Positions 19,716-29,556 of a DNA stretch of 31,045 nt are shown here, one piece after another. Made by a program: the position numbers and the translations under genes. The notes under the pieces were generated by a model. The model was not told the DNA's origin. It did not search any database and saw only the letters and a program-made list of their open reading frames with translations. How positions within the stretch are numbered: the stretch's first letter is position 1; every line of letters starts with the position of its first letter. Origin of the DNA: an uncultured archaeon (GTDB taxonomy: Archaea > EX4484-52 > JAADEF01); contig CAYOWP010000006.1 of NCBI GenBank assembly GCA_964407715.1, positions 30,883 to 61,927 on the forward strand, read 5' to 3'.

Positions 19716-20519
19716 TCATAATATCTTTTCTATCATATAGATAAGTATATCGCAAGCAAGAGTTGCGGTAACTCTATTGGAATCTATAAGAGGGTTCAAT
19801 TCCACGATATCCATCCCTACAATACTTCTAGGCTTAACTTTTAACATTATTTCATTTATTTCTTTTATAAAATCTCTGAAATAATATCCATTAGATTCTT
19901 TATCCGCGCATCCTTGGGCTAAGGAGATATCAAAATAATCCAAATCTATTGAGATATATGTGGGGCGCGGTTTAAGGCTTTCTAAGGACTTTAAGAGGTA
20001 TTTTTTTGCAAACATCTCTTCTTCTTTATCATATCTCCTTACACCTATAGGTAAGATATTGATGTTTAGATCTTCTTTTAATGCTCTTATAAATGTGCAA
20101 TGAGTGAATTTTGTATGCTCATAATTCTTTGCATCATAATGGGCATCAAAGTATATCATCTGAAGATTTTTGTATTTTTCGTTATATGCCTTCATTATTC
20201 CATAAGTAATTGTATGCTCCCCTCCCAATGCTATGATTTTTTTATTATTTTTTAGCACCATTCGAGATATTTCATATATTCTTGATATCATCTCTGTTGG
20301 ATTGCCATGGGCAGGTATAACATTGCCAATATCATTTATTTTTCTTTCCGTGTCTTTTGATTTAAATATATTCCTAATAACATTGGGAGCCAATCTTTGG
20401 CCAGGTATATTTGTTTCTGTAGAATCAAAAGGAACACCAATAAGAACCCAATCAAAATCATCAACAAAATCTTCATATAACACATTGCTTTTATCCAGCC
20501 ATATGTGATCCATAAACAT
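19716..20519 (-). CDS. speB: Agmatinase / ureohydrolase family protein
   Basis: GVPFDST, GGEHTIT, FDAHYD, SIDLDYFD, DIVELNP. Start is more likely ATG 20519 or 20513 than the GTG at 20567, which overlaps the next gene. Confidence 0.88.
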   Translation of the reverse strand: MFMDHIWLDKSNVLYEDFVDDFDWVLIGVPFDSTETNIPGQRLAPNVIRNIFKSKDTERKINDIGNVIPAHGNPTEMISRIYEISRMVLKNNKKIIALGGEHTITYGIMKAYNEKYKNLQMIYFDAHYDAKNYEHTKFTHCTFIRALKEDLNINILPIGVRRYDKEEEMFAKKYLLKSLESLKPRPTYISIDLDYFDISLAQGCADKESNGYYFRDFIKEINEIMLKVKPRSIVGMDIVELNPLIDSNRVTATLACDILIYMIEKIL

Positions 20520-20561
20520 AATTGAGAAATTTTTTATATTTTTTAAATTTATTATATTATT

Positions 20562-20906
20562 ATGCACAAATGCCTCAGATGTGGAAAGGTATATGATGAT
20601 GATGCTCCTGAGCTTGTGAATGGATGTTCATGTGGCAGTAAGTATTTCCTATATTATAAATCTCCACATTACTTAGGCGGCAAATCTAAAGAAGAAATCA
20701 AAAAAATAGAAAAAGATATTTTACGAATAATTGAGAGTGACAAAACCATTCCGCATGATAAGATAGTGGTGTTTGATATAGAGAGCATAATAGTGCCTGA
20801 ACATGGCAAATACCTAATCAACCTTGAAAAATTATTCAAAGAAAAAGCAATTGTATTCAAAATAGATGAAGGGAAATACATCATTGATTTATCAAAATTG
20901 AAATGA
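20562..20906 (+). CDS. Zn-ribbon protein, OapC/DUF2072-like
   Basis: HKCLRCGKVY...NGCSCGSKYFLY and ESIIVPEHGKYLINLEKL...EGKYIIDL. Confidence 0.8.
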   Translation: MHKCLRCGKVYDDDAPELVNGCSCGSKYFLYYKSPHYLGGKSKEEIKKIEKDILRIIESDKTIPHDKIVVFDIESIIVPEHGKYLINLEKLFKEKAIVFKIDEGKYIIDLSKLK

Positions 20907-20911
20907 TCCCT

Positions 20912-21493
20912 TTACAAGCTCTTATCCACTTCATTTATAAACCTTTTCAATCTCTCTTCATTTCTGTTAAACTTTGCGTTTAGGATTTCCACAATCTTAT
21001 CTATATTTTTTAAATCTATGAGATATTCCTCATTGTATTTTGCAGGTAGTGAAACATAATCCAAACCCATAATTTCAAGCATGATTCTTGGTTTAAGATG
21101 CATGATTCCTGATCTCTTTAAGCCTAGTCTGTCTCGCGCAACACTTAAGATAGTGTTGGCAGTCTCTATATCCCTTGCACCTATATGGAGTATAAAAGGC
21201 TCCTGCTTTATATAAGTGATATTTTTGATACCTTTCTTAAGTGCATCCAAAATTTCATTTGCATTAACATTCCTGTGCCATTTTCCTAACCATGTATGAT
21301 TTCTTTTATTATCAATAAGAGGCACAGAATCAACAGTAATTCTTCCATAGCATGAGGAAGTCGTATAGATATTATCTTTTGAGTTTAAAATCTCCAAATA
21401 ATGTATTATTGGCTCATCCACCTCTCCTTTGATAAGTGCTTTTTTTAAATCTCTTAATGCATTTTCTTTATAGATATCAAAGCTTGTCCCCAT
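20912..21493 (-). CDS. taw3: tRNA wybutosine-synthesis methyltransferase Taw3/TYW3
   Basis: GEVDEPI, YTTSSCYGRI, WLGKWH, EPFILH, GLKRSGI. Confidence 0.92.
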   Translation of the reverse strand: MGTSFDIYKENALRDLKKALIKGEVDEPIIHYLEILNSKDNIYTTSSCYGRITVDSVPLIDNKRNHTWLGKWHRNVNANEILDALKKGIKNITYIKQEPFILHIGARDIETANTILSVARDRLGLKRSGIMHLKPRIMLEIMGLDYVSLPAKYNEEYLIDLKNIDKIVEILNAKFNRNEERLKRFINEVDKSL

Positions 21494-21512
21494 ACATAAT
21501 CACTTAAGAGAG

Positions 21513-22808
21513 TTATGGCTTTAATCTGTCAGGATCTCTTGGCAATAAGGTTGCCTCTCTTATATTGCTCAGATTCAATAGTTTTTCTGTTAATCTTTCA
21601 ACCCCCAAACCAAAACCGCCATGTGGAGGCATACCATATTTCCAAAACCTTAGATGATCAAAACTTGCAGGATCAAGCCCTTTATCTTTTATGTTTTTTA
21701 CCCTTTCATTATATCTATGCTCTCTCAAGCCGCCGGATGTTATTTCCAAACCTTTGAATAGCAAATCAAAGGAGTAAGTTAAGGAAGGATCATCATCTTT
21801 TCGCATCAAGTAGAATGGCTTCTTTTCAAATGGAAAATCTGTTATAAAAACAAAATCGCAATCATAAGATTCCTTTACATATTCTCCTATTTTTCTCTCT
21901 GCTTCAGGTGTGAGATCACTTTTCTCGATCTCAGCCCCTTTATTTTTTGCAATTTCTTGCGCTTCACTAAATGGTATGCGCGGAAATTTTTCTTTAATGG
22001 CAATGCTTACATCAAATTTCTCAAACCAGGATTTTTCTTTGAGTTGAGCAATTGCATAATTTAACATCCCTTCTTGCACTTTAAGTATGTCTTCCATATC
22101 ATCAGTAACCATTTCAGCATCAAAACTCATGTATTCTGTTAGATGGCGAGTTGTGTGATGTGGCTCTGCTCTATACACAAAACCCAAATCATATACTCTA
22201 TCTATACCAGATGCAAGGATGCTTTCTTTATAGAGCTGAGGACTTTGTGCAAGAAAGGCTTCTCTATTGAAGTAAAGCACTGGGAAATAATCAGCACCTC
22301 CCTCAGTTGCCTCTCCTGTAATACGCGAAAAGAATACACGAATAAATCCTTCCCTCCTCATATGCTCTTCTAATAACCAAACCAGTTCACTCTCAAATAA
22401 GAAGATATTCATTACTTCCTTCTTCCTGAGATCAAGGAATCTCCAATCAAGTCTTTTGTCCAAGCCTGTTTCTATTCTTCCTGTTAAGTCAATGGGTAAG
22501 GGGGTCTCGCTCTCATGTATTACCTCTAAGGAATCTGCTTTTATCTCATATCCACCAGGTGCTTTTTCATTCTTTTTAACCTCTCCTTTGATACGTACAT
22601 AACTCTCCTTAGGAACTTTTTTGCATAGATCAAAGACGCTATCGCTAACGCTATCTTTTTTGAAAATAACCTGCAAAGAGCATGTTCTATCACGAAGAAC
22701 AAGAAAGATTAGCTTTCCTATATCTCTTTTTTCGCTTATATGTCCTTCAACAATAACTTTTTTGTTTTCATATTTTTTTATGTCATTTAGATAGCATGTC
22801 CTTTTCAT
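21513..22808 (-). CDS. aspS: Aspartyl-tRNA synthetase, archaeal type (probably non-discriminating)
   Basis: OB-fold N-terminus, RLDWRFLDLR, LAQSPQLYK, YRAEPHHTTRHLTE, GMPPHGGFGLGVERL. Pro in the KAPGG loop is the residue associated with non-discriminating enzymes. Confidence 0.95.
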   Translation of the reverse strand: MKRTCYLNDIKKYENKKVIVEGHISEKRDIGKLIFLVLRDRTCSLQVIFKKDSVSDSVFDLCKKVPKESYVRIKGEVKKNEKAPGGYEIKADSLEVIHESETPLPIDLTGRIETGLDKRLDWRFLDLRKKEVMNIFLFESELVWLLEEHMRREGFIRVFFSRITGEATEGGADYFPVLYFNREAFLAQSPQLYKESILASGIDRVYDLGFVYRAEPHHTTRHLTEYMSFDAEMVTDDMEDILKVQEGMLNYAIAQLKEKSWFEKFDVSIAIKEKFPRIPFSEAQEIAKNKGAEIEKSDLTPEAERKIGEYVKESYDCDFVFITDFPFEKKPFYLMRKDDDPSLTYSFDLLFKGLEITSGGLREHRYNERVKNIKDKGLDPASFDHLRFWKYGMPPHGGFGLGVERLTEKLLNLSNIREATLLPRDPDRLKP

Positions 22809-22898
22809 GCTGCATCACAAATAATTGTAAGGTAGAATTAACTTTAAAAAGTTAACTAAATATATTAATGTTATTATAATCATCGTAACTACCGATAG

Positions 22899-23822
22899 AT
22901 GGTGGTAAATGTGAGGATTGTAAAGCATAGATACTTTAAGCACGCAATATTGCTAATGTTTTTTATGATAATGGTTTTCTTTCCTTCATATGCAGCAAAA
23001 GCATATTTGATCTCAGAAATTAATAAAGATAAGGTGTTTGAAGGAGAGATAGTTAAGGTTTGGGGATATGTATATGATGATTATACAAGAGAGAACTTAG
23101 AGGTAAAAATCTTTGTGAATGGCGAATTGTGGAGTGTTGTAAAAACAAATGAGGATGGATATTTTGAGCAATATATAAAGATGGATGAGGTAGGGATAAA
23201 CATTGTTGAAGTCATATACAAAAATGAAATCAATACTTATAGGATCGTGGTATATAAGAAGCAACCGGAGGTTGAGATTTTGGATGATAGATATTATTCG
23301 AGAATCATTATTGTTGGAGATAAAGTAACTACAATCTATCCATATCAATATAACAATGAGATAATAAAGAATCAGTATGTTGATGTTGAATTATCCACAA
23401 AAGAGCTTTCTGTAAGTAGATTTGGAGGTAGCATATTAAAAGTGAAGATATACAATCACTTAAATGAAACGACAGCATTTTCAGTAATTATTGATGGGCT
23501 TGACGATAAAGATTACTATACCTCAGGAACATTAGAGTTAAAACCATTAGAGAGAGGAGAGATAAGCATATACATAGCACCTCTTAATGAGTTCGATGAG
23601 AAAGAAGTAACTCTAAAAATAAAAGGAAACGAGGAGATATTAGCAGAAAAGAAGTTGAAGATAGTGAGAGCGAATAAACACAAAGTGATGGAGAAAATGG
23701 AAAAGGAAGAGTTATTTGACTTTTTGTCTATAAAGATACTTTCCTTTGTATTAATAATTGCTGGTATTTTTATGATGTTGTGCGGTATTAGAGGTATTTT
23801 TATGCAGAAAATACGCCTCTAA
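22899..23822 (+). CDS. Membrane-anchored surface protein with Ig-like domains
   Basis: Signal peptide ending SYAA; VKTNEDGYF Ig-like motif; C-terminal TM helix; 3' end overlaps pyk by 23 bp. Confidence 0.7.
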   Translation: MVVNVRIVKHRYFKHAILLMFFMIMVFFPSYAAKAYLISEINKDKVFEGEIVKVWGYVYDDYTRENLEVKIFVNGELWSVVKTNEDGYFEQYIKMDEVGINIVEVIYKNEINTYRIVVYKKQPEVEILDDRYYSRIIIVGDKVTTIYPYQYNNEIIKNQYVDVELSTKELSVSRFGGSILKVKIYNHLNETTAFSVIIDGLDDKDYYTSGTLELKPLERGEISIYIAPLNEFDEKEVTLKIKGNEEILAEKKLKIVRANKHKVMEKMEKEELFDFLSIKILSFVLIIAGIFMMLCGIRGIFMQKIRL

Positions 23823-24903
23823 TGATTGCAAATTTTCTTTTTTCCTTTGAATTTTTGCATAGTATTTTTATGTTATCTTTTGCTCTGCTTTCTATAAACA
23901 CATCCTCGAATGTGCAGTTTTCTTTTATGATTTCCCTTGCTTCTCCAAAATAGTAATGCTCGGCTACCTCTATAATTTTTTTCATCATCTTTACAGCATC
24001 TAAAGGATATTTGCCTATAGCAGTTTCTTCAGATAACATCACAGCATCTGGTTTTTCACGTATAGCGCAAAATATATCATTTACCTCTGCTCTTGACGGG
24101 ATAGGATCATAAACCATGCTTCTGAGAAAATGAGTTGCTATGATGGATATTTTTTTGTGTTCCATTGCCTTTTCCATGATTTTTCTTTGCAAAATAGGAA
24201 GGTATGCTATATCTGTCTCAATTCCAAGGTCTCCTCTTGCTATCATAACACCTATGCTTTCTTTAAGTATTTCATCAAGATTTTTTATGGCTTCTTGGTG
24301 TTCTATCTTAGCAATTATTGGCACGTCAGGGATGTATTCTTTAAGCATGATGATGTCCTCTTTTCTTTTTACCCATGATTGTGCTATGAAATCAAACTCA
24401 TGTCTTTTAATAAAATCGAGATCCTCATAGTCCTTTTTTGTGAGCGCTGGAATCTCTATATTTCTTCCTGGTATATTTATCGATTTGTTTTCCTCTAAGG
24501 TAGCATCATTAAGGGCTTTTGTAATTATTTTATTCTCATGTACTTTTATGATTTTGAGCAGTATTCTTCCATCATCAATATTGATGAGATCCCCTGGTGA
24601 GATATAATCTACAATGTTTGGATAACTCACCTCAAAATCCTCTCCTATCACCACCTCTTGATTTTTTCTTATTTCTCTTGTTTTAACATTTTTTGTTCTT
24701 ATTTCTGGTCCTTTTAAATCAGCCAAGAAAGCAATGTCTTCATTAAAGTTTCTGATTTTCCTCATTAGATATTTGAAATAATCATAATTTGCATGAGAAA
24801 AATTAAATCTTGCCACATGCGCAATTGAAAAAATCTCTTCAATATGCGATTCCATTCCAGGGCCAACAGTAACTATTATCTTTGTTAGCATACCTTTTGA
24901 CAC
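23800..24903 (-). CDS. pyk: Pyruvate kinase (C-terminal domain largely missing)
   Basis: TKIIVTVGP, ARFNFSH, DLKGPEIRT, IDDG, IAKIE, MIARGDLGIE, PSRAEVND, DAVMLSEETAIGKYP. The true start may be ATG 24891. Confidence 0.93.
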   Translation of the reverse strand: MSKGMLTKIIVTVGPGMESHIEEIFSIAHVARFNFSHANYDYFKYLMRKIRNFNEDIAFLADLKGPEIRTKNVKTREIRKNQEVVIGEDFEVSYPNIVDYISPGDLINIDDGRILLKIIKVHENKIITKALNDATLEENKSINIPGRNIEIPALTKKDYEDLDFIKRHEFDFIAQSWVKRKEDIIMLKEYIPDVPIIAKIEHQEAIKNLDEILKESIGVMIARGDLGIETDIAYLPILQRKIMEKAMEHKKISIIATHFLRSMVYDPIPSRAEVNDIFCAIREKPDAVMLSEETAIGKYPLDAVKMMKKIIEVAEHYYFGEAREIIKENCTFEDVFIESRAKDNIKILCKNSKEKRKFAIIRGVFSA

Positions 24904-24949
24904 CCCAAATAGTGATTAGATAAAGATGAATTTAAAAAACTCTCCACTT

Positions 24950-25208
24950 GCGAGATATTAGCATCCCTATACCTTTAAGACAACACCCCGTGTAGCTCAG
25001 TGACTACTCTCGCAATAGCCACACTTCCAAGGCGGGATATTAGCATCTCCACACCCTTAAGCCACCCCACGCGCATGCTCAGTGACTATCGCTATCCCTT
25101 CAATTAGCCACCTTCAAAGCGGGATATCAACATCCCCACACCCCCACCAACAGCCAACAAGCTCGCGTATTCTCTACCCTACACCTGCAACAACCACTTC
25201 CAAAGCGG
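24950..25208. repeat. Degenerate tandem repeat, period 82-87 bp, continuing into the 3' end of the first ATPase gene
   Basis: GCG(A/G)GATAT(T/C)A(G/A)CATC recurs at 24950, 25032 and 25119; GCTCAGTGACTA occurs twice; CCAC(A)CTT(C)CAA(A/G)GCGG matches CCACTTCCAAAGCGG inside the gene end (GCGG at 25205). Confidence 0.7.
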
Positions 25209-25349
25209 AACAAACCTTATCTTCCCACGTTTCCTCCACCACTCTACTTCGCGAGTATCCTCATAATCCCATGTGATAACTGTTAAAGGAACCTCATCTC
25301 CAAGGTTTAGTTCTTCTTTAGCATGTAATAAAGCTCGGATCTCTCTTTC
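25154..25349 (-). repeat. Shared ATPase 3' block (last 56 codons plus stop plus 25-bp tail). Other copies at 26717-26912, 28176-28371, 29532-29727 and 30976-31045 (partial)
   Basis: 52 of the last 56 aa are identical in all four complete genes and the DNA is near-identical. The tail CCAAC(A/G)AGCTCGC...T(T/G)CTCTACC abuts every stop codon. Confidence 0.93.
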
Positions 25350-26459
25350 AGGTATCTCATCATAGGAATTTGCATAACATACCTGCATTAACTCCTTGAC
25401 CCCCATACCTTCTTTAATCAAGAAATCCACCTCATAACTCTCACGGGTTTTGTAGTAATACACTTCCTGTAATGGTTTTGTATTTTCCCTTCTTTTGAGT
25501 TCCAAAAACACCACATTTTCCATGAGAAATCCTATGTCCTTATTGAGAGAAAATCCAGTATCACAAAGATAGCTTTTGAAAAGATTTGTTTTATATGAGG
25601 TTGGAGAATAGTGGTTAAGGATAAATATGAAGAGAGTTTCTGATAATAATGAAAAATATTCATATACAGTATCCTTTACATTTTTATGGAGCACTGATTT
25701 AATATAATTAGCTATCTTATTAACACTAATCTCCTTTGAGAAATTTTTTCTGAAAAATTCAAACATAAACCTTGCGACATCTACGCTTCTTATACCAAAT
25801 CTATCCACAAAATCCTTATAGAATATTGTTTGAGCATATTCTTTCAAGATTCTCTCGCGCAGTTCAGGATATAATACGATTTCAGGATATCCTCCATGAT
25901 GGAGATATTCTTTAAGAAGATTTAGAAGTTTTATTTTCTCGGATAAAGACAAAAGATGTGGCTTATCAAAATTATGTTTTTTTGCTTTTAGGAATTCCCT
26001 AAAACTAAATGGCAAGAGTAAGTAACTTAAGGTTCTTCCTCTTAACCTCGTGGATATTTCATAACTAAGTAATTTTGATGAGGAACCTGTTATTACTATG
26101 CTATATCCTCTATTTAATAGTGATCTAACAATTCTTTCCCAATCTTTCATTACCTGAATCTCATCTAACAATATAACCTTTATCTCCTTATTATATTTTT
26201 CTTGAACAAGAGAAATTATCTTAATTATGTCCTCATAAGATAAAAAAGAGAAGATCTCTTCCTCCAATTCTAAGTATAAAGCCTCAGGCATCCTTTTATA
26301 GATATATTTCAAATAGGTGCTTTTTCCTGCCCTCCGAGGACCAATAAGAGCAATTATTTTTTCTTTTATCAGTTCAATATCTATTTCCCTTTCAACAATC
26401 TCCTTTTCTTCCCTTTCCAAATTATCTATATATTCAAACAAATACTCCTCTTTAAACAT
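25179..26459 (-). CDS. AAA+ ATPase, AAA_14 + DUF4143 (COG1373-like), copy 1
   Basis: Walker A GPRRAGKS, Walker B ILLDEIQ, ITGSSS, LRGR, GGYPE, ENVVFLEL, EVDF. Confidence 0.92.
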   Translation of the reverse strand: MFKEEYLFEYIDNLEREEKEIVEREIDIELIKEKIIALIGPRRAGKSTYLKYIYKRMPEALYLELEEEIFSFLSYEDIIKIISLVQEKYNKEIKVILLDEIQVMKDWERIVRSLLNRGYSIVITGSSSKLLSYEISTRLRGRTLSYLLLPFSFREFLKAKKHNFDKPHLLSLSEKIKLLNLLKEYLHHGGYPEIVLYPELRERILKEYAQTIFYKDFVDRFGIRSVDVARFMFEFFRKNFSKEISVNKIANYIKSVLHKNVKDTVYEYFSLLSETLFIFILNHYSPTSYKTNLFKSYLCDTGFSLNKDIGFLMENVVFLELKRRENTKPLQEVYYYKTRESYEVDFLIKEGMGVKELMQVCYANSYDEIPEREIRALLHAKEELNLGDEVPLTVITWDYEDTREVEWWRKRGKIRFVPLWKWLLQV

Positions 26460-26575
26460 ATATACATTTATCTATGACATAAATTTAAAAATTTTTCATT
26501 ATTATTATGAAAAATCTCTTATTTCTTTAATGAGCATTCTGCACCGACATTGTCCAATAATTTTCTGATGAAGAT

Positions 26576-26671
26576 TTGTTAACGAGAAAATTTGCTCCTA
26601 CAATCGCATTGGCTCTACAAGGTTAGCTGCTCTAATGTGCTTCTTTAAGAGGTTACTTTTCCGCTTAACAA
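26576..26671. repeat. Complete short copy of the palindromic intergenic element
   Basis: TTGTTAACGAGAAAA...TTTTCCGCTTAACAA; internal GGTTAGCTGCTCTAATGTGCT resembles GGTTAGCTGCTTTTATGTGCT in unit 4406-4512. Confidence 0.7.
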
Positions 26672-26741
26672 TAAAAAATTATCGGACAATACCTTCCTGC
26701 ACCCCCTCACCCGCACCCAACAAGCTCGCGCATTCTCTACC

Positions 26742-28043
26742 CTACACCTGCAACAACCACTTCCAAAGCGGAACAAACCTTATCTTCCCACGTTTCCTCC
26801 ACCACTCTACTTCGCGAGTATCCTCATAATCCCATGTGATAACTGTTAAAGGAACCTCATCTCCAAGGTTTAGTTCTTCCTTCGCATGAAGTAAAGCACG
26901 AATCTCTCGTTCCTTTATCTCTTCATAAGAGTTGGCATATGTGACTTGGATTAACTCCTTAATGTTGTTGCCTTCCTTTATAAGAAAATCTATTTGGTAT
27001 CTGTTTATTTGATCCTCATAATAATACATTTCCAAATTCATGTTATAATAATGTTTCTTTCTTAGAAGTTCTATAAAAACAACATTTTCCATTAATTTTC
27101 CTTTGTTTTCTGAGAATTTGAAGCCTTTTATGGTAAATATGCCATTATCTATAAGATATATTTTTGGATTTGATTTTATTATTTCCTTTGTTTTGAAAGA
27201 AAATTTGTTTAGGAAAAATACTAAAAATGCGCTTTCTAAGGATTTAAGCCATTGAGAGATAGTTACATGATTTAGATTAAATATCTTAGAGGTTCTTTTT
27301 AATGAAAATTTGCTTGAAAAATTTGAAATAATGCTAAAAGTGAACTTTTCAAAATCAGAAATCTTTTTTATCTTCATTCTTTTTATAATGTCCTTATTTA
27401 TGATGTCATCAACTAAATACCTTAATATCTCCACACCAAATTTATATCTTTCCGGAAATCCTCCATACATCAGGTAATCTTCTAGTTCTCTCAATATTAT
27501 CGCTTTTTCTTTTGTTGAATAGCCTGGTTTTCTCAACAAAAACTCTTTTTCTTTCATTCTAAGGTGTTCTTTAAAAGAAAAAGGGAATAAATATATGTCC
27601 ATATGTCTACCTGTTAAGTGCGTTGATAATTCATAACTCAAGAGATTGGAATTAGAGCCAGTGATTATGACTTTTTTGGTATTTCTTAATCTATTAACGA
27701 ATAATTCCCATCCTTTTATGTTTTGAACCTCATCCAATATTATGTATTCAAAATCTTTGAGTTTATATGCGCTTTTAAGTAAATTATTTAAATCAGATGT
27801 CTTTAAATTATACAACCTCTCATCATCAAAATTTATATATATAAATTTTTTATTCTTTAAAGCATTCAAGGAAAAAGTGGTTTTTCCACTTCTTCTAACA
27901 CCTAATACAGCAACTATGTTCGGGTATTTTAGATAATTTAATGTAAGGTCATAAGGTACATCTCTTTCTATGATATGACCTTCTAATAATTCTTTTGCCA
28001 ATTCTTGATGATCCAATATTATTTCATTATAATCTACATCCAT
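26742..28043 (-). CDS. AAA+ ATPase, AAA_14 + DUF4143, copy 2
   Basis: GVRRSGKT, INFDDER, ILDEVQ, ITGSNS, LTGR, GGFPE, KIYLIDNG, QIDF. Confidence 0.92.
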   Translation of the reverse strand: MDVDYNEIILDHQELAKELLEGHIIERDVPYDLTLNYLKYPNIVAVLGVRRSGKTTFSLNALKNKKFIYINFDDERLYNLKTSDLNNLLKSAYKLKDFEYIILDEVQNIKGWELFVNRLRNTKKVIITGSNSNLLSYELSTHLTGRHMDIYLFPFSFKEHLRMKEKEFLLRKPGYSTKEKAIILRELEDYLMYGGFPERYKFGVEILRYLVDDIINKDIIKRMKIKKISDFEKFTFSIISNFSSKFSLKRTSKIFNLNHVTISQWLKSLESAFLVFFLNKFSFKTKEIIKSNPKIYLIDNGIFTIKGFKFSENKGKLMENVVFIELLRKKHYYNMNLEMYYYEDQINRYQIDFLIKEGNNIKELIQVTYANSYEEIKEREIRALLHAKEELNLGDEVPLTVITWDYEDTREVEWWRKRGKIRFVPLWKWLLQV

Positions 28044-28200
28044 GATATAGTATACTATACCAAAATTTAAAAAATTTTTATAATTTAATCATACAAATCA
28101 TCAAAACCACTCACATTCACCTTACAACTACCAACTCCAAAGCAGGATATCAACACCTCCCGCCCCCACCAACAGCCAACAAGCTCGCATATGCTCTACC

Positions 28201-29418
28201 CTACACCTGCAACAACCACTTCCACAATGGAACAAACCTTATCTTCCCACGTTTCCTCCACCACTCCACTTCACGAGCATCCTCATAATCCCATGTGATA
28301 ACTGTTAAAGACACATCATCACCAAGCTTTAGTTCTTCCTTCGCATGAAGTAAAGCACGAATCTCTCTCTCGAACACCTCTGGATTGTTGATATCATATA
28401 CAACTTGGATAACTTCCTCTATTTTTCCTTGTGATTGGACAATGAAATCAACTTCAAAATGCTTTTTAGTTTTATAATATGAGATATCTTTTTCTTTCCT
28501 AAGAAGCTCTAATGCAACTATATTCTCTATAGCCCTCCCAAGGTCTAATCCACCTGTATAGGAATGCACTATACCACTATCAATAATATAATTCTTATAA
28601 GGATATTGCATTTTCTTTTTGTAGGAGTGGGAATATATTCTTACATCCATAAAAATAAAAGAATCTTTAAAATATTCTGTGTATTGCCACACAGTCTTTT
28701 TAGAAACTTTTATGTTCCAGCTTTTCATTATCTTAGTTGTTTTTGAGATAGACATCAAATTGGAATAATTAAATAAATAATATTCCAACAATTTCTTGGC
28801 TATATAAATATTTCTTATGTTATAGTGCTCTATTACATCTCTATAGAATATGGTATCTATTAAAGCAAGATGTTTCCTTTTTATCTCACCTAAATCCCTT
28901 AATCCGACAATCTCCGGGAAACCTCCAATAAATAAATAATCCTCTAAGGACATAAAGTCTCTTATTTCCTTATAAGAGAAAGGTAAGAGTAAATATGATA
29001 TATATCTTCCTCTTAAAGTTGAAGGGATCTTATATTGAGATAGAGCAAACGAAGATCCTGTAACAAAGATGTTCTCTTTTTTTAGATTATGAATTCTTCT
29101 TAACCATAAGTCCCAATTTGGTATGCTTTGAATCTCATCTAAATAAATGTAGTCAAATTTTTCTCTTAGTAAAGTATCAAATATATCCTTTATTTTATAA
29201 GACCTAATAACAGGGTCATCAAAGTTTACATATGCGACCTCATATCCTTTTCTTTCTCTTTCTTTTGCATGTTTTAATAATAACCATGTTTTGCCTACTC
29301 TTCTTGGACCAATCACAGTTATGATATTTTTGCTATACTTGGGCAATTTCAATTCTCTATCAATATAATTTTTATCATCAAAATACTCCAGATACTCTTT
29401 AAACAATTTTGTTTCCAT
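28201..29418 (-). CDS. AAA+ ATPase, AAA_14 + DUF4143, copy 3
   Basis: GPRRVGKT, YLDEIQ, VTGSS, LRGR, GGFPE, KNYIIDSG, EVDF. Confidence 0.92.
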   Translation of the reverse strand: METKLFKEYLEYFDDKNYIDRELKLPKYSKNIITVIGPRRVGKTWLLLKHAKERERKGYEVAYVNFDDPVIRSYKIKDIFDTLLREKFDYIYLDEIQSIPNWDLWLRRIHNLKKENIFVTGSSFALSQYKIPSTLRGRYISYLLLPFSYKEIRDFMSLEDYLFIGGFPEIVGLRDLGEIKRKHLALIDTIFYRDVIEHYNIRNIYIAKKLLEYYLFNYSNLMSISKTTKIMKSWNIKVSKKTVWQYTEYFKDSFIFMDVRIYSHSYKKKMQYPYKNYIIDSGIVHSYTGGLDLGRAIENIVALELLRKEKDISYYKTKKHFEVDFIVQSQGKIEEVIQVVYDINNPEVFEREIRALLHAKEELKLGDDVSLTVITWDYEDAREVEWWRKRGKIRFVPLWKWLLQV

Positions 29419-29556
29419 ATATATATGTTAAGGAAACAATTTTAAATATTTTTTGTTTACTTAATCATCTGTAAATAAACAACATTTTCTTTACGCTCTA
29501 CGCCTCAATATTCCCGCGCCCCCACCAACACCCAACGAGCTCGCGCATGCTCTACC

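Noticed and set aside
24985-25060. tRNA-like start CCCCGTGTAGCTCAGT
   Set aside because: No D-loop GG/AGAGC, no TTCGA arm and no acceptor pairing; it is part of the 82-87 bp tandem repeat.
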